A stretch of 63,421 nt of DNA, the filler included, from Chiloscyllium plagiosum (taxonomy: Eukaryota), in NCBI RefSeq assembly GCF_004010195.1. It is 5 parts of one record of this genome, joined end to end, with 100 filler letters (N's around TTAATTAATTAA, not from the genome) between each part and the next. Parts side by side here need not be neighbours in the genome. Positions count along the whole stretch, not along the records: positions 12,801 to 30,955 come from NC_057717.1; 4 more parts are not named here. One strand, 5' to 3'. Both the position numbers and the translations under genes were made by a program. Position 1 is the stretch's first letter. Each line of letters begins with the position of its first letter. Below are positions 12,701 through 26,149 of this stretch, piece by piece. Under the pieces are notes generated by a model. The model saw only the letters and a program-made list of their open reading frames with translations. It was not told the origin of the DNA and searched no databases.

Positions 12701-12800
12701 NNNNNNNNNNNNNNNNNNNNNNNNNNNNNNNNNNNNNNNNNNNNTTAATTAATTAANNNNNNNNNNNNNNNNNNNNNNNNNNNNNNNNNNNNNNNNNNNN
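12701..12800. other. artificial contig linker (N44-TTAATTAATTAA-N44)
   Basis: Identical 100-bp spacer with stops in all six frames; recurs at 30956, 39541 and 57321. Confidence 0.95.
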
Positions 12801-13170
12801 CCCCTTGTTACACTCTGTTGTACCCGGGGAAAAGGTTTCTGACTGTCTACTCTATCTATTCCTCTGATCATCTTATAAACCTCTACCAAGTCACCCCTCA
12901 TCCTTCGCCGTCCCAATGAGAAAAGGCCTGGCACTCTCAACCTTTCCTCGTACGACCTATTCTCCATTCCAGGCAACATCCTGGTAAATCTTCTCTGCAC
13001 CCTCTCCAAGCTTCCACATCTTTCCTAAAGTGAGGCGACCAGAACTGCACACAGTACTCCAAATGTGGGCTAACCAAAGTCCTGTACAGTTGCAAGATCA
13101 CTTCACGACTCTTGAATTCAATCCCTCTGCTAATGAATGCTAATACACCATAGGCCTTCTTACACGCATA
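12801..13170 (-). mobile_element. CR1 ORF2 C-terminal fragment (relatively young)
   Basis: KKAYGVLAFISRGIEFKSREVILQLYRTLVSPHLEYCVQFWSPHFRKDVEA and ERVQRRFTRMLPGM. Confidence 0.9.
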
Positions 13171-13830
13171 ACATTGGACATGGAAGGTTGACCCCAAAGA
13201 ACACAAAGACGAAGGGCTTTGAGGAATTTCCACGATCATCCTCGAAGAAAGAGGTGCTTCGGTTTTTGTAACTGAGTGGATTCTATAAGAAGTTTGTTCC
13301 AAGCTTGCGCAGCGTGTTGGCACCACTGATTGATTTATTAAAGAAGAACACAGAATTGTGGTGGACAGAACAATGCCAGGAGGCTTTTGATAATTTTAAA
13401 GCAGCATTAATCACCGCGCCAGTTTTAACTACACCAAATATTTTGAAACCCTTTGAAAATTGTGTTTGTTGCTCGGGATATAGGGTTCGGAGATGTATTG
13501 ATACAGAAAGAGGATGATAGAATTGAATGGCCAATTGGCTATTTGTCGAAAAAACTCAATATCCACCAGAAGAAATACAAAATCTCCATTATTGAAGAAG
13601 AATGATTGAGTTTCGTTCTGGCCTAACAATATTTTAATGTTTATATGGCAAACAAATTGTTGGAGTCTGTTGTGGACAACAACAACAATCCTCTCGCATT
13701 TTCTTAGAATATTTAAAGACCAAAATATGAGACTATTTCATTGAAGTCTTATGTTACCGACTTTAAACCTCCAAAATGTACATGCTGTCGGTTCTAAAAA
13801 TGTGATAGCAGCTGTGTTATCGTGGATTTA
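13170..13830 (+). mobile_element. pol: Ty3/Gypsy (Gmr1-like) pol 3' fragment: RT thumb and RNase H
   Basis: KKEVLRFL*LSGFYKKFVP..APLIDLLKK..WTEQCQEAF..APVL..PIGYLSKKLN..NVIAAVLSWI*. The ORF ends directly after RNase H, with no integrase downstream. Confidence 0.8.
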
Positions 13831-14002
13831 AAGGAAAAAAGTATAGATAAGATTTGATTTATTCCAGTGTTATATCTGTGTACAGAATTAATATGAGATT
13901 AATGACTTTTGTATTTCATAATAATGGGATTAAGAATTGAAGGAAAAGAAATGAAGCCATCTTTTTATACCGATGGTGCATTTTATTTCTGACGAGGGGA
14001 GG

Positions 14003-14750
14003 TGTTATGAAGCCAAAAGCATGTCTGGTCACTTTAAGACAGAACGGGTTTTGCTGAATAGAAAGTACAGCCACAGATGCCAGTTAAAGGTCACACTGTT
14101 CCACATGTCACCATTAGCTGGCAAATGCATACCTGCGTTTTGGTTGCTGTTTTGACAACAATTCAAATACAACCAAAGAGTTTAAATAAGGCTTAGCAGA
14201 CCAGAAACCAACGGAATTTCGATATTATTATTTGGACACCTGGAAGATATGGAAGATTGTAACATGGGAAGTATATAAACACATAATTTTGAACACTAGA
14301 GGGAGAACAACTGCCATCCAACAGCAGAGTAACTGCTGTAGAGCAGGAGTGCGAACTGGCCATCTCAAACACTATCGATCAAAGATATATGTTCATGTCA
14401 GTAAAAGAAAATGACCCTGGGACATCAGCAGCTGAAAGAGTGAACACAGCGGGGAAGATAGAGACCGTGTGGTATTGAGATTGTATTGTTTAATATGTGA
14501 GTTGTTGAAATAGCATACTTTTATAGAGTTGGAATCAGATAGTACGTAGTTAAGAAAAGAGGGGCTTGTATTTGTGAATAGTTGTTATTTAGTGTTCACT
14601 ATTAAAGTTAAGAAACTAGCTTGTTAATTTTTGTTTAAATGGTGGAATGTAGGAAATCTGTGCCGGTCATATTTTAACAGATTACGAGGTGAGGCTAAAT
14701 TTCTGGGTGTTTGGGTTTAATGAACAGACGGGTTCAAATCCACCTTGTAA
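14003..14750 (+). mobile_element. 3' LTR of the Gypsy element, preceded by a polypurine tract
   Basis: PPT gaggggagg immediately before TGTTATG at 14003; the 3' end is homologous to the solo LTR at 38636-39363. Confidence 0.75.
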
Positions 14751-15935
14751 ATGTCCATCCACGCTAACCCCATTTCCCTGCACTTGGCCCATATCCTTCT
14801 CGTCCTTTCCTATCCACATATTTATCCAAATGCTTTTGAAATGTTGTTAATGTACCCCCCTCAACCACATCTGCTGGCAGCTCATCCACGTACCAGCCCT
14901 CTGTGTAAAGCAGTGGCCTCTCAGGTTCCCTTTTATTCCTTCCCCTTTAACCTTAAACTGATCTCCTCTCGTCCTCGATTCTCTAAACCGTGGAAAACAC
15001 TGAGAGCATTCACCCTATCCATATCCCTCATGATCTTATACAGCTCTATAAGGTCCCCCTTCAGTCTCCTACACTCTAAAGAAAAGGTCCTAGTTTGTCC
15101 AGCCTCTCCCTATAACTCAAAGCATTGAGTCCTGGCAACGTCCTTGTAAATTTCTTCTGCACTCTTTCTAATTTCATAACACCCTCCCTATAACAAGGTG
15201 ACAAATACTGAACACAATACTCCAAGTGCGGCCTTACCAAAGTCCAGTGTAACTGCAACATAAATTCCCAACTTCTATCCTCAATGCCTGCCTGATGAAG
15301 GCCAGTGTGCCAAATGCCTTTTTCACTGCCCTGTCTTCCTGTGACTCCACTCTCAGGGAACCGTGCACCTGAACGCCAAGGTCTCCCTGCCCACTACACC
15401 CCTTAAGACCCTCCCATGCACCATGAAACTCCTACCTTGATTTGAGATTCCAAACTGCAAGACCTCACACATCTATATAGAATTCCATTTGCCATTTCTC
15501 GGCCCACTTCCACAGCTGATTAAGGTTCTGCTGCAATTTCTGATAAACTTGCTCACTGATCACGCTACCACTTATTTTAGTGTCATCTGCAAACTTACTA
15601 ATCGTGCCTTGTACATGCTCACCCAAATCATAGATAACAAATAGCAATGGACCCAGCCTCCAGTCTGACAAGCATCCTTCCACTAAACCCTCTGCTTCCT
15701 ACCATCAAGCCAACTGGGTATCCAATTGGCCAAATCCCCCAGCATTCCACGCGATGTAACCTTCCTGAACACCTTGCCAAGTGGAACCTTATCAAAGGCC
15801 TTACTGAAATCCATAGAGACTATGTTGACAGCTCTGCCCTCGTCAACCTTCTTGGTCACTTCATCAAAGAACTCCAACAAATTTGGGAACCATGACTCAC
15901 AAGTCTATGCTGACTGGTCTGAATCAAACCCTGTG
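14751..15935 (-). mobile_element. CR1 ORF2 reverse transcriptase fragment
   Basis: LEFFDEVTKKVDEGRAVNIVSMDFSKAFDKVP, LGPLLFVIY, SKFADDTK and LVRPHLEYCVQY. Confidence 0.9.
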
Positions 15936-17165
15936 TAAGTAATGGGTGCAGTCAATGGTATGCTGTCCTTCATTGTTTAATGATTCGAGTACATAAGTAA
16001 AGCCATCTTCCTGCTGTTGTAGAGCCTTGCTGAGAGAGCATTAGGGACACTATGTACAGATTTGATCTCCTTTGTTAGAAATGATCTACTTACCACAGAC
16101 ACGTGTGATAGTAACATAAGCATAGAGTGAATAAGCTGAGTGCTAAATCTGTAGAGCTGTGAGAGACGAATAAATGGTGATGCTGAAACACGAGGAGTGG
16201 CAGCGATCACTTATTTCCAAAACAGACATTGACAGGGAGAGAAATTCCATACTTTAAACAGGATTGATTGGTTCGTTTTATTGTCACGTGGACCTTAGTA
16301 AAGGGAAACACTTTATTTATGAGCAGTGGAGGTAGATCATAGTAAGCATGGCCAGACAGATAATAGGGGGGAAATAGACTTGGACGGAGTATATCATACA
16401 GGTTACACTGAAAAGGACGTGCACGAGACAAGATCAACATGAACAAGATCAGCATTATTTGAACTTAGAGAGTCCATTCATCAGTCTAACGTGACTTTAC
16501 TAACCGTTTATATATCTTACTTAACTCTCCCCACGTTATTGTGCAGTTGGCCTGTGAACCCGTACTGAACATCAGGTTGCTCACAATTCGCAACAGCAAC
16601 CACAATACCTTCCATCTGAAACAGGTAGCCATTCCCCCCAGCTTCCGCCCTGCATAGAGAACATCAGGCTGTCTTCTCAGAGATGGAAGGTGCCTTCCTG
16701 AGACTTCACACAAGACATATGGCTTCCCTCCTCACCACTAGAAAACCATGTTAAAGTCCCACGTGTGTATCATGAGCAACGGAGCCGCGAGGAACAACGT
16801 GTATCAGTCTGTCTGTGCAGCCTCTGTTCCACTTGTTCATCATGTTAGAGCATCAATTAAGAGACAGTGAAGACTACCGATGCTGGACATCAGAGTCGGG
16901 AGTGTGATGCTGGAAAAGCACAGTAGGTCAGGCTGCATCCGAAGCAGGAGAATCGACGTTTCTGGCATAAGACATTCATCAGGAATCAGCATCTATTACC
17001 TCATTCTGCCACCGTGTAAATGCATTGAGATGGGAATGGCCTCCTAATGTTCCTGTGTAAGTGACTCAACGGACTGACTGTCTTCTTCCTTGTCCGATTG
17101 GACAGGGCCAAGGGCCTGACTGGGTTACCCCTGGTTCCTGTTTGACAGCTCAATGTGCTGACAAG

Positions 17166-18053
17166 TGTGATGATGCTGTAGCTTTAAGAGGTTTTTTTTG
17201 TCCTGGTTTCTTTTAAGAGAGAGATTGAACGATCGATACCAAGCTGGCTAGTTAAGACCACTTGAAAAAACAGCGAGGGAGGCCGTGGGTTTCTTTTAAT
17301 GCAGCCTGAATGTTTGTGGCCAGCTCTCACAGATTAGGATCACTGGGTTTTGGTTCCTCAGTAACATCAAAAACTATAGGGATCTCCAAAGAGTTGGAAG
17401 CTTCAGGGAATGTCTCCTGGTTGCTACTCTATCTGAATTTTCACTTGATGTTGTTTTCAATTCCTGAATTTTCCTTGTTGCCAAGGGCTGTGTTTATGAG
17501 AGTTTCCTATGTTGGACAAATTCATTGGTAATAGCTCCTAGATCTATTATTCTGTTAACTTGTCCAATAGAATTACCTTATTCTAAATTCCTCTTTCTTT
17601 GGTTTTATTTCATCTTTCGTGTTTAGATTAGATTACATTACAGTGTGGAAACAGGCCCTTCGGCCCAACAAGTCCACACCGACCGGCCGAAGCGCAACCC
17701 ACCCATACATTTACCCCTTACCTGCACATCTTTGGACTGTGGGAGGAAACCGGAGTACCCGCAGGAAACCCACACAGACATGGGGAGAAAGTGCAAACTC
17801 CACACAGTCAGTCGCCTGAGGCGGGAATTGAACCCGGGTCTCCGGCGCTGTGAGGCAGCCGTGCTAACCACTGTGCCACCGTGCCACCCACTGTCGTGTT
17901 TAAGTAGATGGTGTTTTGCTTCACACCGAGTAGTTTGACCAGTCACATTGCATCTGGAACAGGCACTTTACATTTTCTTTCAAATAAGAAAACATTAGAT
18001 TCTGGGATGCTGTCTTCAAATATCTTCGAGGGGCTCTGGTGTAGTCTATCATA
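17166..18053. mobile_element. solo LTR (Gypsy-type) carrying a SINE insertion
   Basis: Starts TGTGATG; the paralogous copy ends CATCACA (810-816), a perfect terminal inverted repeat. Flanks caag/cgag resemble a 4-bp TSD. Confidence 0.65.
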
Positions 18054-21000
18054 TTAGACTCCTTCTCTTCCTGAGTACTAGGTCGGAGGCACTGAATGGG
18101 CTGTCCCTGTTCTTCTCCAATAGTGTCAATGGGCTGAATGGCTTCCTCATATTCCTGTGAAACCAGCGTTAGGTGCTGAATGAACTCTTATTTTACTGTG
18201 GCAATGAGCAGCATCAGGCAGTGCTGTTACATGAATGTTATGGACACATTAACAGCACAAGCCTCAATGGAGTCTGGGTCTTGCTGTTCATGGACACAGA
18301 CCAGTTCAGGAGCTGTCGGGGGTGGCGGGGGTGGGGGCAAATATTTTTGAACATTGTGGAATCTTCAGTGACCATCCCCACTTCTGATCTTATGGTGGGG
18401 AGAGTGGGGGCGGGGAGACATTGATGAAGCAGCTGAAGATGATTGTGAAGGGAAGCTATGCTGAGGATCTCCCACAGAGGTGACCCAGGACAGAAATGAC
18501 GAACATCTTCCTTTGTGCCATTTTTGACTCCAAACACTGGAGAGTTTACTCTGATTCCCATTAAGTCCAGTTTTATTAGGCTCCTTGATGTCAACAGAAG
18601 GCAACCACTGCCTTGATATCAGGGCTAGTCATTTTTACCTGAACCCTTGTGTCAGCCTCATTTGTTCATATCAATAGGCCATGATATAGGAGCAGCAGTG
18701 TTTTCTTCAAACAGGTGGTATTGAATGTCAGGATTTCTCATCTCAAGAGTGTTCGGGGAGCGAGATGACTGAAAGTATTTGAAGAGGAGGTAGATGGGTA
18801 TAGACCTGTCAGAGAGGTGAGGGCTATGAGGAATTGGGCATTAAAGAGGATTTCGGACCGAGAGCAGATCAGTCATGATCTTAGTGAAGGGCAAGGGAGT
18901 GAATGACCTGCCCCTGTTTCCGATGTTCTCATGTTCTGTTATTGGAAAGTTAGTGGGTATTATTTTCATGGATGTTTTGTTATTGAATATTGCAGTCAGG
19001 GACACCAGAGGATTTTATGAGCCATCTCTGGTTGAGGTATGGGGGCTGTATTCATTGAATCTGGGTCTACCACATGCCCAACAAATGAACCACAAGTTGC
19101 AGAGAGGGGAAGCTCTGTAAAGAGAGATGAGGGGCCTCTTTCATACCCAGCCTGGATTTTCCAATTACTTTTTCCAAATCACCTCAAAGCATGTGGGACA
19201 GTCTTGAAGGGCCGAATGGTCTCCTCTGTTTCTGTGCACCAGGTTATATGAGTAAATGGCCTCCAACTGCTCCTGTCTAGCTGGTTTGAAGGGCTGAATG
19301 GAACACAGGAACATGGGACTGAGGAGCAGGAGTGGGCCATTAGAGACTTTGAGACTTTTCCACCAGGCACTAAAATTGTGGCTGATCAGGTTGTGGTCTC
19401 AGCTCCACTTTCCTGTCTGCATCCCATTATGCACGACTCACTTCTCTGTCAAATATTTACCGAACGCAGCTTTCCATCAATGTGAACATAGAGGCACGAT
19501 AAACTTCCAGTGAAGAGAATTCCGACTTGAAAGGTCGTTTCAGAATTTTTCATCATCCCTCTGATAGAATCAGAGAGTCATGCAGAACGGAAACAGACCC
19601 GTTAGTCCAATCTGTTCACTCTGATCAGATATCAAATCTGATCTCGTCCCATTTGGCCAATATCCCTCCTCTATCAGAAACTTTTTAAATGTGCGATTGT
19701 AACAACCTTCACCACGTCCTCTGACAACACTTTCTGTATATACACCACTCTCTGTGAGAAACATTTATCTTCAGGTCCCTTCTCAATCATTCGCCCTCTC
19801 CCCTTCAGCCTATGCCCTCTTGTTCTGGACTCCCCTACCCTGGGGAGCAGAGCGTGACTGTTCAGAATATCCATGCCCCGATGTTTTTTAAACCTCTATA
19901 AAGTCACCCCTTAACCTCTGACACTCCAGGGGGAAATACCTCAACCTGATGAGCCTCTCCCTAAAGCTCAAACCTCCAGTCCTGGAACATCTGTGTAAGT
20001 CATTTCTGCAGAAAACCGAATTGTACACAGTATTCTTAAAGTGGCCTCACCAACATCCTGTACAGAGGCAACATGCCACCACAACTCCTATACTCAATGC
20101 TCTGACTGATTAAGGCAAATATGCCAAATGTGTTCTGTCCCACACTTTCTACCTGCGACTCCACTTTCAAGGAACAATGTACCTGCAGTTTTATGTCCCT
20201 TTGTTACACAACATTCCCCAGGACCTGACCATGAAGTATATAATGTCTGCCCTGATTTGACTTTCCAAAATACAAAACCTCATATTTATCTAAATTAAAA
20301 TTCATCTGTCACTCCTTGCCCGTTTGTCCCATTTATTTGTGATCTCGTTGTACTCTGAGATAATCTACTACACCACTTTTCTGATGTAATCTGTAAACTT
20401 ACTCACTATGGCCTCAATATTCACATTTAAATCCTTTACGTAAATGATGAAATGCTGTGAACTCAGTACTGATTCTTACAGCACATTGCTGCTCACAAGC
20501 CTCCAGTCTGAAAAATACCCCTCTTCCTTCAAGCCAATTGTGACTAGTTTCCTCTGTGTCCCATGTGACCGAAATTTACTAATCTGTCTACCAATCAGAA
20601 TGAAATACTAGCTATGAAGAGAGGTTGGGTAGGTTAGGTTTATTTTCACGAGAAAAAAAAAGAGATTGAGGGGGGAACTGATTGAGGTTTGCAAAATCAT
20701 GAAGGGTATAGACAGGGTGGATAGAGACAAGCTTTTTCCCAGGGTGAAGGATTCAATAACGAGAGGTCGTGCTTTCAAAGTGAGAGGTGGAATGTTTAAG
20801 GCGGATACACGCGGTAAGTACTTCACACAAAGGGTGGTGGGCGTTTGGAATGCGTTGCCAGCAGAGGTGGTAGAGGCAGGCANNNNNNNNNNNNNNNNNN
20901 NNNNNNNNNNNNNNNNNNNNNNNNNNNNNNNNNNNNNNNNNNNNNNNNNNNNNNNNNNNNNNNNNNNNNNNNNNNNNNNNNNNNNNNNNNNNNNNNNNNN

Positions 21001-22320
21001 NNNNNNNNNNNNNNNNNNNNNNNNNNNNNNNNNNNNNNNNNNNNNNNNNNNNNNNNNNNNNNNNNNNNNNNNNNNNNNNNNNNNNNNNNNNNNNNNNNNN
21101 NNNNNNNNNNNNNNNNNNNNNNNNNNNNNNNNNNNNNNNNNNNNNNNNNNNNNNNNNNNNNNNNNNNNNNNNNNNNNNNNNNNNNNNNNNNNNNNNNNNN
21201 NNNNNNNNNNNNNNNNNNNNNNNNNNNNNNNNNNNNNNNNNNNNNNNNNNNNNNNNNNNNNNNNNNNNNNNNNNNNNNNNNNNNNNNNNNNNNNNNNNNN
21301 NNNNNNNNNNNNNNNNNNNNNNNNNNNNNNNNNNNNNNNNNNNNNNNNNNNNNNNNNNNNNNNNNNNNNNNNNNNNNNNNNNNNNNNNNNNNNNNNNNNN
21401 NNNNCCTGCACCACCATTCAATATGATCATGGCTGATCATCCTTATTCAGTATCCTGTTCCTGCCTTATCTCCATATTCCTTGATTCCACTATCCTTGAG
21501 AGCTCTATCCAACTCTTTCCACACACAGACACACACACACACAGACACACACAGACACACACACACACACACAGATAAACAAAATCTCTGCAATTTTAAC
21601 TTGAAAGAACTTTGTCCAGATATTAATGTAACTCATGACAAAAGGAAAAATTGCGAGATTGTCCAAAATGTTATTCTGCTTCTTAAGATATTGTACTCAC
21701 ACAGCTGCTAGCAATGGGATTTCATCCTGGAAGAGTTGGATTTGGCTGAATTCCCTTTGCTTTAGGCGGTGAGTAGATTCCAGTGAATTCTGGTTAGGGA
21801 CCACCCAAAGGGTAGCACGGTGGTTTGCACTGCTGCCTCACAGCACCAGGGACTTGGGGTTGATTCCAGCCTTGGGTGACTGTCTGTGTGGAGTTTGCAC
21901 ATTTTCCCCTTGTCTGTGTGAGATTCTCATGGGTGATCCAGTTTCCTACCGCAAACTGTGTAGGTTACGTGGATTGGTCTTGTAATTGTCTGATGTGTTC
22001 ACGGATTTCTAGGTCGGGGTAAATATAGTGGAATGGATTGGGAAGGTTGGTATGGACTTGTTGGGCCGAAGGGCATGTTTCCACACTGCAGGGATTCCAT
22101 ATAAAATAAGAAAGGTCACGATGGCTGTAGAGGCTTTTTTTTTAGCTCGCACACATTGGTGTGATGAGAAACAATGAAGGAGAGAGAGTGCAATAGGCCA
22201 TTCCTTCTCGGGCAGATTACATTTTCTCCCTCTTTGAGCTGAATAACACGTAGTATCATCCTCTCCCAAACTGGACCATGTGAGGTCTCCTTGTACATTG
22301 TCCAAACTATATCTCCATCA
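17567..22320. repeat. paralogous block, copy 2
   Basis: Collinear with 606-5040; includes CR1 at 19570-20600 (-), a CR1 3' end at 20608-20882 (+), a (CA)n tract at ~21519-21575 and a SINE at ~21812-22095. Confidence 0.9.
17626..17893 (-). mobile_element. young full-length HE1/V-SINE with 9-bp TSD
   Basis: TCGTGTTTA at 17617-17625 and 17894-17902; intact A/B-box head and (TCTAA)n tail; empty site at 657-665. Confidence 0.95.
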
Positions 22321-22820
22321 NNNNNNNNNNNNNNNNNNNNNNNNNNNNNNNNNNNNNNNNNNNNNNNNNNNNNNNNNNNNNNNNNNNNNNNNNNNNNNNN
22401 NNNNNNNNNNNNNNNNNNNNNNNNNNNNNNNNNNNNNNNNNNNNNNNNNNNNNNNNNNNNNNNNNNNNNNNNNNNNNNNNNNNNNNNNNNNNNNNNNNNN
22501 NNNNNNNNNNNNNNNNNNNNNNNNNNNNNNNNNNNNNNNNNNNNNNNNNNNNNNNNNNNNNNNNNNNNNNNNNNNNNNNNNNNNNNNNNNNNNNNNNNNN
22601 NNNNNNNNNNNNNNNNNNNNNNNNNNNNNNNNNNNNNNNNNNNNNNNNNNNNNNNNNNNNNNNNNNNNNNNNNNNNNNNNNNNNNNNNNNNNNNNNNNNN
22701 NNNNNNNNNNNNNNNNNNNNNNNNNNNNNNNNNNNNNNNNNNNNNNNNNNNNNNNNNNNNNNNNNNNNNNNNNNNNNNNNNNNNNNNNNNNNNNNNNNNN
22801 NNNNNNNNNNNNNNNNNNNN

Positions 22821-24620
22821 CTCCTGCACACACTGGACAACAACTGACCCATCTATATTGCTCGTATTGGAAAGTTGAAGTCCCCCATGACAACTATCCT
22901 GTCTCTCTCACTCCTATCGAGAATCATCTTTACTATCATGTCCTCTACATCTCTGGAACTATTCGGAGGCCTATAGAAAACTCCCAAAAGGATGTCATCT
23001 CCTTTCCTGTTTCTAACCTCAGCCCATTCTACCTCAGTTGATGATTCCCCAAACATCTTTTCTGCAACTGTAATACTGTCCTTTACTAACAATGGCACAC
23101 CTCCCCTCTTTTACCATCTTCTCTGTTCTTACTGAAAAACCGAAATCCTGGAACCTTCAACAACCATTCCTGTCCCTGCTCTAACCATGTCTCCGAAATG
23201 GCCACAACCTCGAAGTCCCAGGTTCCAACCCATGCTGCAAGTTCACCTACCTTATTCCGGATGCTCCTGGCGTTGAAGTTGACACACTTCAAACCAACGT
23301 CTTGCTTGCTGGTGCCATCTTGCCTCCCTGAAACTTGATTTCGGACCTCCCTACTCTCAACCTTTCCTACAATTTTGGTTCCCATCCGCCTGCTGGATTA
23401 GATTAAACCCACCCGAATAGCCTTAGCGAATTTGCGCCCCCCCCCCTCCCCCACAGGATATTGGTATCCCTTTGATTCAGATGAAGACCATCCTGCTTGT
23501 AGAGGTCCCACCTACTCTAGAAAGAGCCCCAATTATCCAAGAAACCAAAACCATCCCTCCCGCACCATCCCTGTAGCCACGTATTCAATTCCTCTCTCTC
23601 TCTGTTCCCAGCCTCACTGGCCCGTGGCACGGGCAACAAACCAGAGACAACAACTCTGTTCGTCCTAGCTCTAAGCTTCCATCCGAACTCCCTAAATTTC
23701 TGCCTTAAATCCCCATCTCGCTTCCTACCTATGTTGTTGGTCCCTATGTGGACCACGACTTGGGGCTGCTGCCCTCCCTTTAAGGATCCCAAAAACTCGA
23801 TCAGAGACATCACGAAACCTGATACCTGGGAGGCAAGACACCAACCGTGAGTCTCTCTCGTCCTCACAGATCATCCTATCTGTCCCCCTAACTATGGAGT
23901 CCCCAGTGACTACTGCTCAGCTCCTCTTCCCCCTTCCCTTCTGAGCAGCAGGCACAGACTCTGTGCCAGAGCCCTGTGCCCCACTGCTTTCCCCTGGTAA
24001 GTCCCCCCTCCAACAGTATCCAAAACGGTATACTTACTGTTGAGGGGAATGGCCACAGGAACCCTGCACTGCCTGCCGGGTCCGTTTCCATCCCCTGACT
24101 GTAACCCATTTGCCTTTGTCTTGTACCTGAGAAGTGACTACCTCCCTGTAATTCGTCTCACTGACTCCATCTGCCTCCCGAATGATCCGAAGTTCATGGA
24201 GCTCCAGCTCTAGTTCCCTAATGCGGTTTTCGAGGAGCTGGAGTTGGGTGCACTTCCCGCAGATGTGGTCAGCAGGGATTCTAGTGGTGACCCTTACCTC
24301 CAACTTTCTGCACGAGGAACATTCAACTGCCCTCACCTCCATTCCCATTATTCTAAATTCCCAAAGAGATTGTTGAAAAATATGGAATTTAAAGCAAACT
24401 TGGGACCTTACCAATCTGGCGCACAGAAGTTTTTTTTTCGGTCAGAGGAGGAGATGGGTGGGAGACACTACCCAAGTAGAGTTTTGGGTAATGCAACCAT
24501 ACAAATATATGACTTCCTAGAAGTCGTTCACTCCTCCCTCACACCTATCAGCAAATGGAGGCCGGACTCCGGAGGTAAGTCCCTTTTAAGTCTTTATATA
24601 GATCTAGTCAAGCCAAGAAA
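22821..24620 (-). mobile_element. CR1 LINE 5' half: 5' UTR, ORF1 (Zn-finger/leucine zipper + SGNH esterase), ORF2 APE endonuclease
   Basis: VECSSCRK..HICGKCTQLQLLENRIRELELEL; QPQVVVHIGTNNI; CVNFNARSIRNKVGEL..VAISETWL; LGVFYRPPNS..MGDFNFP. Confidence 0.92.
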
Positions 24621-26149
24621 CGGGCAAATATTGGTCTTTGGATCATATTAGGAAAATGTGCCTGTGTTTGAACACAATGACGAGTTCAATGGAAAAACAG
24701 TGTATTATTTCAACGAATTATTTTCTTATTATTGAGACTTCGAGTAAGGGGAAGAGCTACTCTTTGTTTTCCTTGTCTAGACCCCTCATGCTGTGAAACA
24801 CTTCCATCAGGACCACCTCTCAGCCTTCTTTGCTTAAAAGTAAAACCAAGTAGACCCAGCCTCTTTTCAGTTTGAGTACACTCTTGTCTTGTTACTTCTG
24901 AAAGGTATCAGTGTTAAATTCATTAGCGATTGATCTGTCCACCTGAACAATCGGTTTATACCCTCCTGTACCCTCACACGTTCCTCCTCACTGTGAACCA
25001 CCAGCTCATCTTTCTGTCATCCACAAAATTATTTATCATTCCCTCCAAACTCCATCCCTCCCATTCTCATCATCATCGTTTATGAAGTTCACAAGTAAGC
25101 CCGGATTTTCTCCTGTTCTTCAGATGTTGTTCACACGGAAAGCATTGAGAATTCCATTCTCTTGGTTTTCCTATTTTGGTGAATTTACAGCGTGATGCAG
25201 TTGAGTTCTTTTTTATGAGGGAGCCACAAATTTTATTTTGGACATGGACCTGAATTCTACTTTTATACTATGCTCCTCTGTATGTTTTATTAATTAAGCT
25301 TGTACGTAATTAGTATTGGATTAGGTTTAGATGACTTTCACTGCAGCATTTGTGTTCCATATGGACCTTGATAATGTTCTCTGTATCGTTCCCTGCAACA
25401 GTCAGAGCTGAAAGATGTTTCCGTCACTACGATGGAGACAGATTCATAATTTTGTTTGAAAGAGTTGGAGTGATGAGGATAAAGATTCAACTAAATTCTA
25501 TATATAGAATCGCAGCAGGAGATCAAATCATATCGTCAAGTCCACCTTGAACTGGAAACAAATTATTAAATCATATTCCCACTTTTCTTCATATTGTAAA
25601 AACATTTTCAAAAAATGTTCTTAGAGCAGCGTGGATCTTCTAGCTGCTCCTAGGGTTGCAGGCAGTTGAATATTTAATATAGTCTTTTTGCAGTTGATAC
25701 TATAATTTATTAATTTAATGTAATTATTTCTATTTTGTTTTATTAGTATTCAAAAACAAACAAAACAGCAAAAAAAAACTCCCGATTTTCTTTCAAACGA
25801 ACTTTTTTTAAAAGAGTTTTTTAAGGGTGGTTTACCAAAAAAACGAAATGTCTATTTTTGTTTTAAATGGTTTCTTTTATTACACTGCAGAAGTTTTTTT
25901 TTTTGTTTTGCAAAATTAATTAATTAAAATAAGGAGGTGTACCTTCCTTCCGGAGAATCCTACACGTTTTCAGCTCTGGAGAAGACTATTTTCTTCTCGG
26001 ACTTTATTTAAGAGGAAGATTTTTATTAATTTTATTAGCTAAATGGTTGATTTTGTTTAATTTTTCTATGTTTGATACCTATATGTATATATTTTTCAAT
26101 TTTAACATTATTGTCTGTAGGTAATGAAAGGTAACAGAAGGTGTCGTAA

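Noticed and set aside
17800..17893. Functional tRNA gene
   Set aside because: It is the tRNA-derived head of an HE1/V-SINE; the same applies at 4510, 21812, 44710 and 63040.
25750..25915. Imperfect inverted poly-A/poly-T arms
   Set aside because: Low complexity; the pairing is expected by chance.
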